NCBI GenBank assembly: GCA_046758365.1
Contig: JBHIAC010000004.1
Coordinates: 3,211 to 67,210 of the forward strand
Reading direction: 5' to 3'
Length of the DNA: 64,000 nt
Source: a bacterium
GTDB lineage: Bacteria > Zhuqueibacterota > Zhuqueibacteria > Oceanimicrobiales > Oceanimicrobiaceae
Positions 53,589 to 62,777 of the stretch are shown here, piece by piece. The notes beneath the pieces were generated by a model that searched no databases, was not told the DNA's origin, and saw nothing but the letters and a program-made list of their open reading frames with translations. How positions within the stretch are numbered: position 1 is the stretch's first letter; the number at the start of each line of letters is the position of its first letter. The position numbers were made by a program, and so were the translations under genes.

Positions 53589-54773
53589 ATGGTGGCTTTA
53601 CGATTTGATTTTAGGGATCTTTTTCGTTCGAATCGACTTGCTTTTAGTCTTCAAAGAATTTGGATTCAATTTTTAGGATTGTCTGTTGGATATTTTGGTT
53701 ATTTTATTTTTACTATTTTGAGTTTTCTCATTGCTGGCAAGAGCATAAGTTGGATCATTGATCAATATGGGTTATTCCCTTGTCTTTTAGCTACAAGTGA
53801 ACAAGTCCCTTTGATAGCCAAATTCGTGTTTGGAATTGGGTGTCTATTTTTGACCATAGCTTTTTTAATTACCAATACTGCCGTGTCAAGGGCTTCTTTT
53901 ATGGTATTAAAAGGAAATAATTTCTATACTTGGCGAGAAGCATTTGCTTTTTCTCTAAAAAAGAGTGGTGCCGTACTCCTTAGCCCCATTGCAATCGGCC
54001 TGCTGATTGTTGCTTTTTTAGTTGGGGCTTGGTTTATCGGGTTATTAGGGAGAATTCCTAATCTCGGAGAAATAGGGATTTCTTTATTTACTTTAATATG
54101 GATAAGTGCTTCACTGTTTATGGTTTTTTTGACATTAGTTGGTGGTGTAGTATTTATTTTAGCACCAGCCATTCTTGCCACTACCAATGAAGATGCCTTT
54201 GAAGCGATATTTCAAAGCTTCTCTACTTCATGGAGCCAACCGTGGAGGTTAATTCTGTATGAAGGAATTGTTGGAATTTTAAGTGTTACTGGATTTGTAA
54301 TCTTGGCCATTTTTGTTAAACGCTCATTTCTTCTCATGAACGAACTCCTATCATTTTCCATGGGGGATAATTATATAAAATTAGCGGCACATGCGCAATA
54401 TATTCTTCAGAGCTGGACATTAAGCATAAAAGATTGGCTAACCAATATTTTTGGCAGCCTGACTCCTTATTTCTATTTTTCACGTGATTTTATTGCCCGT
54501 GAACTACCAATTACTGTTAATATTGCTGCTTATATTTTTTCCATTAATATGGTGATTGTTGGGTTCTTGGTATTGTCATATTTACTAGCAACCTTTAACA
54601 CTGGTAGTATGATAACCTATCTTGTGTTGAGGAGATTAAAAGATGATGAAAATCTCCTTGAAAGGCAAGATGAAGAATTCGAACAAAAAGAAGAAGAAAT
54701 GATAACCGAAGAGAGCGCTAGAAGCAAAAATGATAAGGAATCAGAAAATAAAACTGAAATAAAAGAAAGTTAA
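53589..54773 (+). CDS. polytopic membrane protein of unknown function with an acidic C-terminal tail
   Basis: 394 aa, about 8 hydrophobic helices, RBS GGAGG. Confidence 0.6.
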   Translation: MVALRFDFRDLFRSNRLAFSLQRIWIQFLGLSVGYFGYFIFTILSFLIAGKSISWIIDQYGLFPCLLATSEQVPLIAKFVFGIGCLFLTIAFLITNTAVSRASFMVLKGNNFYTWREAFAFSLKKSGAVLLSPIAIGLLIVAFLVGAWFIGLLGRIPNLGEIGISLFTLIWISASLFMVFLTLVGGVVFILAPAILATTNEDAFEAIFQSFSTSWSQPWRLILYEGIVGILSVTGFVILAIFVKRSFLLMNELLSFSMGDNYIKLAAHAQYILQSWTLSIKDWLTNIFGSLTPYFYFSRDFIARELPITVNIAAYIFSINMVIVGFLVLSYLLATFNTGSMITYLVLRRLKDDENLLERQDEEFEQKEEEMITEESARSKNDKESENKTEIKES

Positions 54774-54921
54774 GAATTTAATATTTTTTACCGAATATAT
54801 AAACTGATTGCGATTAAATTCGTTAACTTCATGGACTCTATTTGAATGTAAAAGGCAATTATGTTTTATATGCAATTTACCATTTAAATTTATATACATT
54901 AGATGTGGATCGGAGGCCCAG

Positions 54922-55968
54922 ATGAGTGTAAATCAATTACGACGAGATCCAATAACTGGTCGTTGGACGATAATTATTCAAGAAAACTATGATCTACAAC
55001 AATTAATTTCTAATAAACAACCTCGAGAAAGAACTTCAGCAAATAAAAATATGTCTCATTGTCAATTTTGTGAAGGTTATGAGTCAGAAACACCTCCAGA
55101 AATATTTTCAATTCGTCACAATAAATCCCCCAAAGATGAACCGGGTTGGTCAGTGCGTGTAATACCAGATCAACACCCTTTTTTACAGATTTATGGAAAT
55201 TTAAATAATCGGGGGGTTGGTATGTATGACGTTTTGGACGGTATCGGCGCCCATGAGCTAGTCATAGAAACCCCTACTCATTTTTCCAGAATTCCCGATT
55301 TGGATGTGAAACTCATACAAGATGTCTTATCTGTCTATCGCGAACGAATATTAGACTTGAAAAGAGATGAACGATTTCGATATGTGCTGCTTCATAAAAA
55401 TTATGGTGAAGGGAGTATCGAAACGGTGAATCATTTGCATTCACATATCATAGCCACACCTATTACACCTACTCGTGTTAAAACGGAATTAATGAACGCC
55501 ATGGATTATTTTCACTACAAGGAACGATGTATCTTTTGTGATGTAATAAATCAAGAGCTTACCGATGTAGAACGTATTATTATACAAAACGACAAGTATC
55601 TCGTATTCGCCCCATTTGCATCACGCGCCCCATTTGAAGTCTGGATTTTGCCTAAAAAACATGAGACTTTCTTTGAATGGAATGCTGATTATAGCCCATT
55701 GGCTTCAGCTCTTAAGGATATTTTATTAAAAATAAGTACTACTTTAAATGATCCGAATTATGTGATGGTTCTTCATTCTGGGCCCAATATCTCTGCTGGA
55801 AAACTACGTGGTTATTGGAAGACTTTGGAACGAGATTACCACTGGCATATTGAAATTACTCCCAGATTTCGCGGATATACGAGTTTTGACGTAGGGTCCG
55901 GATTTCAGATCAATTTGGTTCCACCTGAAAGAGCAGCCGAAATTCTCCGAGATGAAACAATCAATTGA
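54922..55968 (+). CDS. galactose-1-phosphate uridylyltransferase-family (HIT-like) nucleotidyltransferase
   Basis: RRDPITGRW, the CQFCEG zinc motif, and the histidine triad NHLHSHI. The ATG at 54922 follows GGAGG, and the listed longer N-terminus was rejected. Confidence 0.7.
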   Translation: MSVNQLRRDPITGRWTIIIQENYDLQQLISNKQPRERTSANKNMSHCQFCEGYESETPPEIFSIRHNKSPKDEPGWSVRVIPDQHPFLQIYGNLNNRGVGMYDVLDGIGAHELVIETPTHFSRIPDLDVKLIQDVLSVYRERILDLKRDERFRYVLLHKNYGEGSIETVNHLHSHIIATPITPTRVKTELMNAMDYFHYKERCIFCDVINQELTDVERIIIQNDKYLVFAPFASRAPFEVWILPKKHETFFEWNADYSPLASALKDILLKISTTLNDPNYVMVLHSGPNISAGKLRGYWKTLERDYHWHIEITPRFRGYTSFDVGSGFQINLVPPERAAEILRDETIN

Positions 55969-55992
55969 AGTTTTTGGGTTAAGGAGTATTTG

Positions 55993-57306
55993 ATGGGCAA
56001 AAATCCTTCAAACAATATCATGAACAAATTGGTATCTCTTTGTAAGAGAAGAGGATTTATATTTCAATCAAGTGAAATTTATGGCGGTTTAGATAGTTGC
56101 TATGATTATGGCTCTTTAGGGATTGAACTCAAAAGAAATATAAAGGAGTTTTGGTGGAAGAGTATGGTTCAACTCCGTGACGATATTGTGGGACTGGATT
56201 CGTCCATTCTTATGCATCCGAAAATTTGGGAGGCCTCGGGTCATGTTGAAGGATTTACAGACCCTATGGTGGATTGTAAAAACTGCAAACGACGTTTTCG
56301 CGGTGATGAAATTAACACGGAAAAATGCCCTGTTTGCGGCGGTGAACTTACCGAGGCCCGACAATTTAACTTAATGTTTAAAACTCATATGGGGCCTGTC
56401 ATGGAGGATGCTTCAATTGTCTATTTGAGACCTGAGACCGCCCAAGGAATTTATGTAAACTTTTTAAATGTCCTACTCTCTTCACGAAAAAAGATTCCTT
56501 TTGGAATTGCTCAAATTGGTAAAGCTTTTCGGAATGAAATAACGCCTCGAAATTTTATTTTTAGGACCAGAGAATTCGAACAAATGGAAATGCAGTTCTT
56601 TGTTAAACCAGGCACCGACGAGCAATGGTTTGAATATTGGAAAGAAAAGAGGATTCAATGGTATGATGATTTGGGGATCCATAAAGAAAATTTAAGATTT
56701 CATCAACACGGTCCCGATGAATTAGCCCACTATGCGGCCGCTGCTTTTGATATCCAGTATCGGTTTCCTTTTGGTTGGAAGGAGTTGGAAGGCATTCACA
56801 ACCGAACAGATTTTGATCTATCCCGACATCAAGAACATTCAGGCAAAGATATGCAATATTTTGATGATGCAACAAGAGAACGATATGTCCCTTACATAAT
56901 CGAAACCTCCGCCGGTTGCGATAGAACGCTTTTAACCTGTTTAACAGATGCCTATGAAGAAGAAAATATAAATGGTGAAACTAGAGTTGTTTTACATCTT
57001 TCTCCTAAAATTGCTCCAATTAAAGCCGGTATTTTCCCATTGGTTAAACGGGACGGTATGCCAGAATTAGCACGCAAAATCGTGGAACACTTAAGAAAGT
57101 ATTTAATAGTATTCTATGATGAAAGTGGAGCTATCGGACGGAGATACAGACGTCAAGATGAAGCAGGAACCCCATTTTGTATAACGGTTGATTCTCAGAC
57201 ATTGGAAGATGATAGTGTAACGGTTCGGGAAAGGGATTCTATGTCCCAAGAAAGGGTTTCGATTGATCATCTCTTACAATATTTTAGAGACAAAATCGAA
57301 TTTTAA
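55993..57306 (+). CDS. glyQS: glycine--tRNA ligase (dimeric GlyQS type)
   Basis: [16 protein letters not shown], the zinc-knuckle insertion CKNCKRRFR...CPVCGG, and an anticodon-binding C-terminus. Confidence 0.95.
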   Translation: MGKNPSNNIMNKLVSLCKRRGFIFQSSEIYGGLDSCYDYGSLGIELKRNIKEFWWKSMVQLRDDIVGLDSSILMHPKIWEASGHVEGFTDPMVDCKNCKRRFRGDEINTEKCPVCGGELTEARQFNLMFKTHMGPVMEDASIVYLRPETAQGIYVNFLNVLLSSRKKIPFGIAQIGKAFRNEITPRNFIFRTREFEQMEMQFFVKPGTDEQWFEYWKEKRIQWYDDLGIHKENLRFHQHGPDELAHYAAAAFDIQYRFPFGWKELEGIHNRTDFDLSRHQEHSGKDMQYFDDATRERYVPYIIETSAGCDRTLLTCLTDAYEEENINGETRVVLHLSPKIAPIKAGIFPLVKRDGMPELARKIVEHLRKYLIVFYDESGAIGRRYRRQDEAGTPFCITVDSQTLEDDSVTVRERDSMSQERVSIDHLLQYFRDKIEF

Positions 57307-58565
57307 TGTAAAGGTTTTTTATTTGTTATATATTCGTCTTCAAATTCAACATCTTTATTATCAATATCCAAAATTTTTCTTAACCGATTAATAATCGCTT
57401 GTATCCTCTTACTTTCTTTACGAATCCGTGCAAGTTCTTCCTCAGCACTTTCGCTCATAAGTTTTTCTTTGGTCAATTTATGATATTTTGCTAAAAGTTC
57501 CTCAATGTTAACGTTTTTATTATCAGTACTATTTTTTTCCTCACTGGTGCCTATATTGCTGGAATTAATCGAAGTAGGCAACCTGGGTGCGGGTTTTCTA
57601 AGATTAATTTGGGATCCAATCCGAAATCGCCAAAAAGGATAATTAGCAAGCTGGTCATTCACGCGATTAAGGGCTGTACCATCGCTTTGATATAGGGTCG
57701 TGTCTTTAAAATTCGATAGTCTGATATCCCATCCTGCTAAAAGTGAAATCCAAGGTGATAGTCTATATTTAATTCCTGGTGTTAGGTAAATAAAATCTTC
57801 CCTTCCATAGGCAGTTACAGGAGGCCTATTCAGAAAGGCCTGTCCAGTCAGTTCTAATGAAAAATCAAATTGATTGGTTGGAAAAGCGAAACCTATCCCA
57901 TATAAAAATTCTAAAGTTGGGTCCACCACCGTTATTATATCCTCAGGTGGACCATTGGCCAAAAATCTTCCGGTATCGTAATGATACCAAAGGCCAAGAT
58001 TTAGATGTAAGTTAAAGGCACTTTCTGGAATGAGCAAGTCAGGCGAATAAGATATCTGGGTTATAAATCCGGCTTGTATTCTATCGCTTGAATAAGGCTC
58101 CAGTATAAGATTGTGTTTTGAGCCAATTGGGATACGGGTTCCAAAGGTAAGACCAAATTTAAATCTACTGGCAATACTGCCTAATGATCCAACTTTTATT
58201 TTTAAAATTAAATCATCTGGGGCATTAAATTCATTCTCTTTTTCACCTTTGTGATTGTCTTGAAACACTATTTGGGTAATAACCCATTCAATATGTTTAC
58301 TGGTGGCAAAATGAAAGGTTAGAGCGCCTTGAATGTCCCAATAAGTATTTTCCACAGTTATTCCATTTGATCTAGTAATACTTGCTTTTTCAAAATAAGA
58401 AGATGTATAACCGTGGAGTGTCATACCGCCCTTTTCCAAGTTCCACGCTGATGATAAATGAATAAGTCCTCTTCCACCAGGTAGGTTGAGCCCCCGCCCA
58501 TAGATTTCTTGGTTAAAATAAAATAGTAATAGGGTTAACCAAAATATCTTAAATACAGATTTCAT
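57303..58565 (-). CDS. hypothetical outer-membrane barrel-like protein with a C-terminal coiled-coil tail
   Basis: Signal peptide, ~320 aa of strand-like sequence, then ~90 aa that are charged and helical. Confidence 0.45.
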   Translation of the reverse strand: MKSVFKIFWLTLLLFYFNQEIYGRGLNLPGGRGLIHLSSAWNLEKGGMTLHGYTSSYFEKASITRSNGITVENTYWDIQGALTFHFATSKHIEWVITQIVFQDNHKGEKENEFNAPDDLILKIKVGSLGSIASRFKFGLTFGTRIPIGSKHNLILEPYSSDRIQAGFITQISYSPDLLIPESAFNLHLNLGLWYHYDTGRFLANGPPEDIITVVDPTLEFLYGIGFAFPTNQFDFSLELTGQAFLNRPPVTAYGREDFIYLTPGIKYRLSPWISLLAGWDIRLSNFKDTTLYQSDGTALNRVNDQLANYPFWRFRIGSQINLRKPAPRLPTSINSSNIGTSEEKNSTDNKNVNIEELLAKYHKLTKEKLMSESAEEELARIRKESKRIQAIINRLRKILDIDNKDVEFEDEYITNKKPLH

Positions 58566-58809
58566 ATTCCATCTATCCTAAAATTAATCTAAATTATTAT
58601 AAAATAACGCAAAGGCTGTGCCATAAAAGTAATATTAATTCTTTAACTATCAATATTTTATTAACTTAGGTTATTTAACTAAACAATATAAATGTTGAAA
58701 ATGGCTATATTAATGTAACATCGTGAAACATTTTGACCTAAGTTGTAACATGCTTAAATCTTTTAAAGATGAGAAACGAATCAGTGAGAATATTGTGTAT
58801 TTATATAGA

Positions 58810-58975
58810 CCTAAATTGAACGATTTTACCTTGAATTGTTTCCTAAACAAGTTTCAGTAAAATTAGTGTTGGGTGTTAATATTAGGTGTTCACGCTTGAG
58901 CGTGATGTCCCCACCCAATGCAAGCTGAAGCTTGAACACCGTCTGCTCCCCTGTTATAAAATCGCTCAATTCAGG
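58810..58975. repeat. structured repeat with terminal inverted repeats (copy 2)
   Basis: Aligns end to end with 7308-7459. It has an extra 13 nt (AATATTAGGTGTT, a duplication of GGTGTT context) and scattered substitutions. Confidence 0.8.
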
Positions 58976-59323
58976 ATAGCATGAATTAAATGATTATACC
59001 TCTACTCACCTAAAGAGCGGTTTCAAGAATCTGATTAATTTAATATATTGGGGTTGTTCCTCAGTTTACTCCACTAAAAATAACTTACAAATTCCTCTTC
59101 TCCTGCTAATGGAATATCAAAATAGGAAACGTCACTAAAAAAATGCTTAACAATGAAAGTCACTGGTAAGCCCGCCGCGCGCTATTTGAGCTTGTAAGAA
59201 GAGAGGGCTGAGGATTCGGGACGCGGTGATAATATTTGACTTAAGGGTCAACGACTAGGTCCAAGCTCTCCAGCACAAGTTGCCCCATGAGGGGTTCCGC
59301 CCAACATGGGCGCAACTAAACAG

Positions 59324-59731
59324 TCATAATGCGTTTTTCTGTCTTTCTTCCAAAATCGCTTCCAATTCTGCAATGGCCTCAAAGTCTTTAGGCCGGCCGG
59401 CAGCGCGCTTTAGGTGAATTAATCGTTCCAGACCGAGGCAATAACAGTTCACGCCAAACACTTTGATTTGCTGAGAATAGGGGAGCAAATCTTCATAAGT
59501 TCCTCCACCAACAACTTCTCCAAGCAGATCCAAATTACCGAGCTTGGTTGTCAGAGTGAAATTCAGCCCCTTTTCCACCGTTTCTTTATCGAATACGAAA
59601 GGCAGTGCGGGTGGTGCATACCGCAGATATGGAGAATAAGGTTTTAGCGTTTGCACCAGGCGCTTAATATTATCCGAATCGCGAGCATAAACCACATCCA
59701 AATCGAACGTTACTCGTGCCGAACCGTGCAC
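59324..59731 (-). CDS. nucleotidyltransferase-fold protein (MNT-like, TA-associated type)
   Basis: ...VAAIVHGSARVTFDLDVVY... and the C-terminal K.AAGRPKD..AI..L motif. Conserved sequence continues upstream of the listed GTG start (see findings). Confidence 0.6.
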   Translation of the reverse strand: MHGSARVTFDLDVVYARDSDNIKRLVQTLKPYSPYLRYAPPALPFVFDKETVEKGLNFTLTTKLGNLDLLGEVVGGGTYEDLLPYSQQIKVFGVNCYCLGLERLIHLKRAAGRPKDFEAIAELEAILEERQKNAL

Positions 59732-59790
59732 AATGGCAGCTACTCCGCTAATAATAACAAACTTTACCTTGCCTTTAACCAGGGTGGGAA

Positions 59791-60033
59791 TTAGCTTCTT
59801 GTAATCAATGGTAATCTGGGAACTCTCTTAGGTGCCACCGATTGGCGAACCTTCTGGCCGGCTTCTCGAAGTTCGTCTGTGAATTGCATGAAATTTTGCA
59901 GATTAAGAAGGCGTTCTTCCACCGTGAGTTTGAGATTCTCGCGGATCAGCGTTCGATCTACATCCTTCTTGTAAATATTGATGACTGCCTGAATGCTGCT
60001 ACCTGGTATTTTTGTCGATTTGAATTTGTGCAT
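59791..60033 (-). CDS. small helical protein, putative partner of the nucleotidyltransferase
   Basis: 80 aa. The DVDRTLIRENLKLTVEERLLNLQNFMQFTDELREAG pattern is recalled from small ORFs paired with this NTase type. This rests on memory, not a search. Confidence 0.45.
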   Translation of the reverse strand: MHKFKSTKIPGSSIQAVINIYKKDVDRTLIRENLKLTVEERLLNLQNFMQFTDELREAGQKVRQSVAPKRVPRLPLITRS

Positions 60034-60105
60034 CGCAGTTTAATTTTTAAATTAAAAAAATCGCCAATCTAATCTCATAAAAATAAACCAAATTTAGCTT
60101 TAAAG

Positions 60106-60279
60106 CTACTGACCATTTTGCTTGTTTTTCTGCTTCGTGGTCTCTATTATTATATGGCTTTTTGTCCAAATACCGCCTAACTTCAAAGGCTTCTGACTTT
60201 GTTTTAATGAAAATTTCAAAGTATGAATTTCATTTTCTATCTTTTCTAACTTTTTTATTATTAAATCCACATTGCCCAT
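60106..60279 (-). CDS. possible 57-aa ORF (below the ORF-track cutoff)
   Basis: The start context AAGGAGAGAAGGAATG is followed by MGNVDLIIKKLEKIENEIHTLKFSLKQSQKPLKLGGIWTKSHIIIETTKQKNKQNGQ*, translated by hand. Confidence 0.25.
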   Translation of the reverse strand: MGNVDLIIKKLEKIENEIHTLKFSLKQSQKPLKLGGIWTKSHIIIETTKQKNKQNGQ

Positions 60280-60467
60280 TCCTTCTCTCCTTCATATAAC
60301 CAATCTTTTACTTTTGATCTAATATAATTTTCTTTTTACAAAATAACAAGTTTTTTTCATGGAAATGATGAAAGAAGAAATAGCGTAGAAGAAAAGAGCC
60401 GCAGATTAGCTAAAAGATTTATGCAAATGGCAATTAGGAAATGAATTAATGTATAACATGAACTTAG

Positions 60468-61262
60468 TTAAAATTTCCCCTGCATCCGCTCCTTCGCTGG
60501 TAAAATCTCCAGGCAGGTGGTCCACCAGCCTGTCAAAATGGTATCGATAAACTCTTGGGGAAGGATTTCTTCTTTCATTTCTTTAGCCAGACGTTGGTAA
60601 TCATATTCCATGCGGATGAATTCGATTTCTACATGTCTGTTGGCAGAAAGTATGGCGTACCACACATTGGTTTCGCCATCATTTTCAGGTCTACCTATAA
60701 CGCCCACATTCGCAAAAAACTTGCCCTCTGCTACCTCTCTTTTCCAGTGAATCCCTGTGTGTGTAGCCAGAATGATGTCGGCTTTGTAATCCTGAAAAAG
60801 TTTTTGTAAAAAATGGGTAGGGGTGGTGGATTCCCAAAGAAATTCGTTGGTTTTTCTTGGTGAACCATGGCAGAGCAGTACTCGTTTGCCTCCAAAATTA
60901 AATCGAATTTCTGGAGGAAGTTGTTTCTGCTGGGTTTTAAATTCAGGACTGGTTTTTGAGACAGTATAATCATAACTGATTTGCGCAAAATAATTATCTC
61001 GAGCATCGGTGTAGCCGCACTGACAGTCGCTTAGATTGTGGCCAATAGCATGGTCGTAATTTCCCTGAACCACAGCGATATTATGTTCTAATAAGATTGG
61101 GAACACCTTATCAGGATTTGGCCCAAAAGCACCCAAATCCCCCAAGCAGAAAAGCTTTTCTGTACCTCTATTTTTGGCATCGGTTACTAGGGCGTCTAAA
61201 GCTAAATAGTTATTGTAAACGCCACCAAAGACTGCGATTTTTTCATAGTTTAATTCTTCCAT
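60468..61262 (-). CDS. metallophosphoesterase (calcineurin-like, Metallophos_2 type)
   Basis: GDLGAFGP, GNYD, HGSP and THTG motifs. Confidence 0.8.
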   Translation of the reverse strand: MEELNYEKIAVFGGVYNNYLALDALVTDAKNRGTEKLFCLGDLGAFGPNPDKVFPILLEHNIAVVQGNYDHAIGHNLSDCQCGYTDARDNYFAQISYDYTVSKTSPEFKTQQKQLPPEIRFNFGGKRVLLCHGSPRKTNEFLWESTTPTHFLQKLFQDYKADIILATHTGIHWKREVAEGKFFANVGVIGRPENDGETNVWYAILSANRHVEIEFIRMEYDYQRLAKEMKEEILPQEFIDTILTGWWTTCLEILPAKERMQGKF

Positions 61263-61480
61263 AAATATAAGAGGTTATAAGGGAATAAGGGTATAAGGAT
61301 ACGTTGATCTATTCCTTACCTATACCCTATATCCTTATACCTTAATATCCCCATCGTAAAGTTTTACAAGAAATTCAATTTTCTTAGCCAAAAAACAAAT
61401 AATTGATTGGTAATACTGTAACTTATCACTTAAGGACCTAATGACTAACTGCTGCCAATATTACTAAAGTTTGCATCGAT

Positions 61481-62677
61481 TTAACAGCATCCCTCTGGAC
61501 CACAGCAATCGCCATCGCTTAGTTGGGTTACATTGTACTCCATACCTTTTGTTTCTCTAGGATGGCGACGGGCGTTTTTATTGCAGGCAAAACGCTGCGC
61601 TTCTTCCAGAGGAATTTCCTCGTATGGCTCCACAGGTATAATATCCTCGGAATAGGGTTCCTTTGTGTAAATGCGAAAGGTTTTATCGCAAACAGCCATT
61701 CGTTCTCCTCGATAGAGGGTGTGGCCATCGTCGTCGATCACCGCTTTCCAGGGGCCACGGTAAAGTACCGCTTGATTTTTCTCTAAACACGGTCCATCTT
61801 TTCCTTTATGAGCCGTAAGCGTAAGTGAGCGAAATTCAATGCCTTCTACAGTTTGCAACGGTTCATCATCCCGCTTTATAATTTGAATGCCATAAAAACC
61901 AACCTCTGCAAAGGCTTTAAGAAACTCATCTTCGCGTAAAGCGCCAGATATGCAGCCACTCCAAAGGTCTGGGTCATTTTTTAGATGATCGGGCACATCT
62001 TCATCTGCAACAATATCCGAAATAGCGACCCGCCCACCATTTTTTAATACTCGGTAAATTTCAGTAAAGAGCTGCTTTTTATCTTCGTCTTTCACTAAGT
62101 TCAAAACACAGTTGGAGACAACCAGGTCGATGGAAGCGTCTGGAATGAGGGAATTGTTTTTTCTTTGCTCTTCAATAAATTCTTCATAACAAATTAAATC
62201 GGAAGCATTGTGAATGGGATTTTCCCGTAAATAATGGTCAGCTCGGTCTAAATCCAATTTCAAATCCTGAATTTTCCCTCGACGAAATTCCACATTGTGA
62301 TAGCCAATTTTGTCCTCGATCTCTTTCTGGTACTTTCTCGCTAATTGCAGCATTTTCTGGTTCATATCTACACCAATGACTTTGCCTTGCGGTCCCACCC
62401 TTTGAGATATAATGTAGCATATTTTACCTGTTCCGCTTCCAAGATCTAAAACCGTTTCACCCGGTTGCACATATTTAGAAGGATCGCCGCAACCGTAATC
62501 CCGTTCGATGATCTCTTTGGGTAGGACTTCTAAATATTTGTTATCATAATCCACGGGGGCACAGCATAGAGCAACCTCCCGCTGTTGAGAGCCTTTGGTA
62601 TAACGCTCCCGTACTGCTTTTTCAATGCTAATTTTTTTTGAGTTGTTTATTCCTATATCTTTAGTGTTACTATTCAT
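61481..62677 (-). CDS. arsM: arsenite S-adenosylmethionine methyltransferase-like (ArsM/AS3MT family)
   Basis: SAM motif VLDLGSGTGK, VIGVDM, VVSNCVLNLV, GGRVAISDIV. Cys residues sit at the four family-conserved positions (LCCAP, YGCGDP, SNCV, SGCISGAL), and the tail is Cys-rich (DCCGPEGCC). Confidence 0.75.
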   Translation of the reverse strand: MNSNTKDIGINNSKKISIEKAVRERYTKGSQQREVALCCAPVDYDNKYLEVLPKEIIERDYGCGDPSKYVQPGETVLDLGSGTGKICYIISQRVGPQGKVIGVDMNQKMLQLARKYQKEIEDKIGYHNVEFRRGKIQDLKLDLDRADHYLRENPIHNASDLICYEEFIEEQRKNNSLIPDASIDLVVSNCVLNLVKDEDKKQLFTEIYRVLKNGGRVAISDIVADEDVPDHLKNDPDLWSGCISGALREDEFLKAFAEVGFYGIQIIKRDDEPLQTVEGIEFRSLTLTAHKGKDGPCLEKNQAVLYRGPWKAVIDDDGHTLYRGERMAVCDKTFRIYTKEPYSEDIIPVEPYEEIPLEEAQRFACNKNARRHPRETKGMEYNVTQLSDGDCCGPEGCC

Positions 62678-62777
62678 ACTTGCTTTACACCTTTCCTATT
62701 AGTTAGTTAAATTTCATTATCATCCATAGATTCTGATTTAATTTCCGTGACAATCGATGTTTATCCGGGGTAAGTAT

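Noticed and set aside
57303-57306. Overlapping convergent stop codons of glyQS and the downstream OMP gene
   Set aside because: It is real in the sequence but probably just compact gene packing, and it is noted under the OMP finding rather than as a separate system.
58714-58730. TGTAACATCGTGAAACA, which resembles a parS site (TGTTTCACGTGAAACA)
   Set aside because: Only the right half-site matches, the left half is wrong and the length is off by one. No convincing parS was found by eye anywhere in the window, including near parAB, so a proper pattern scan is needed.
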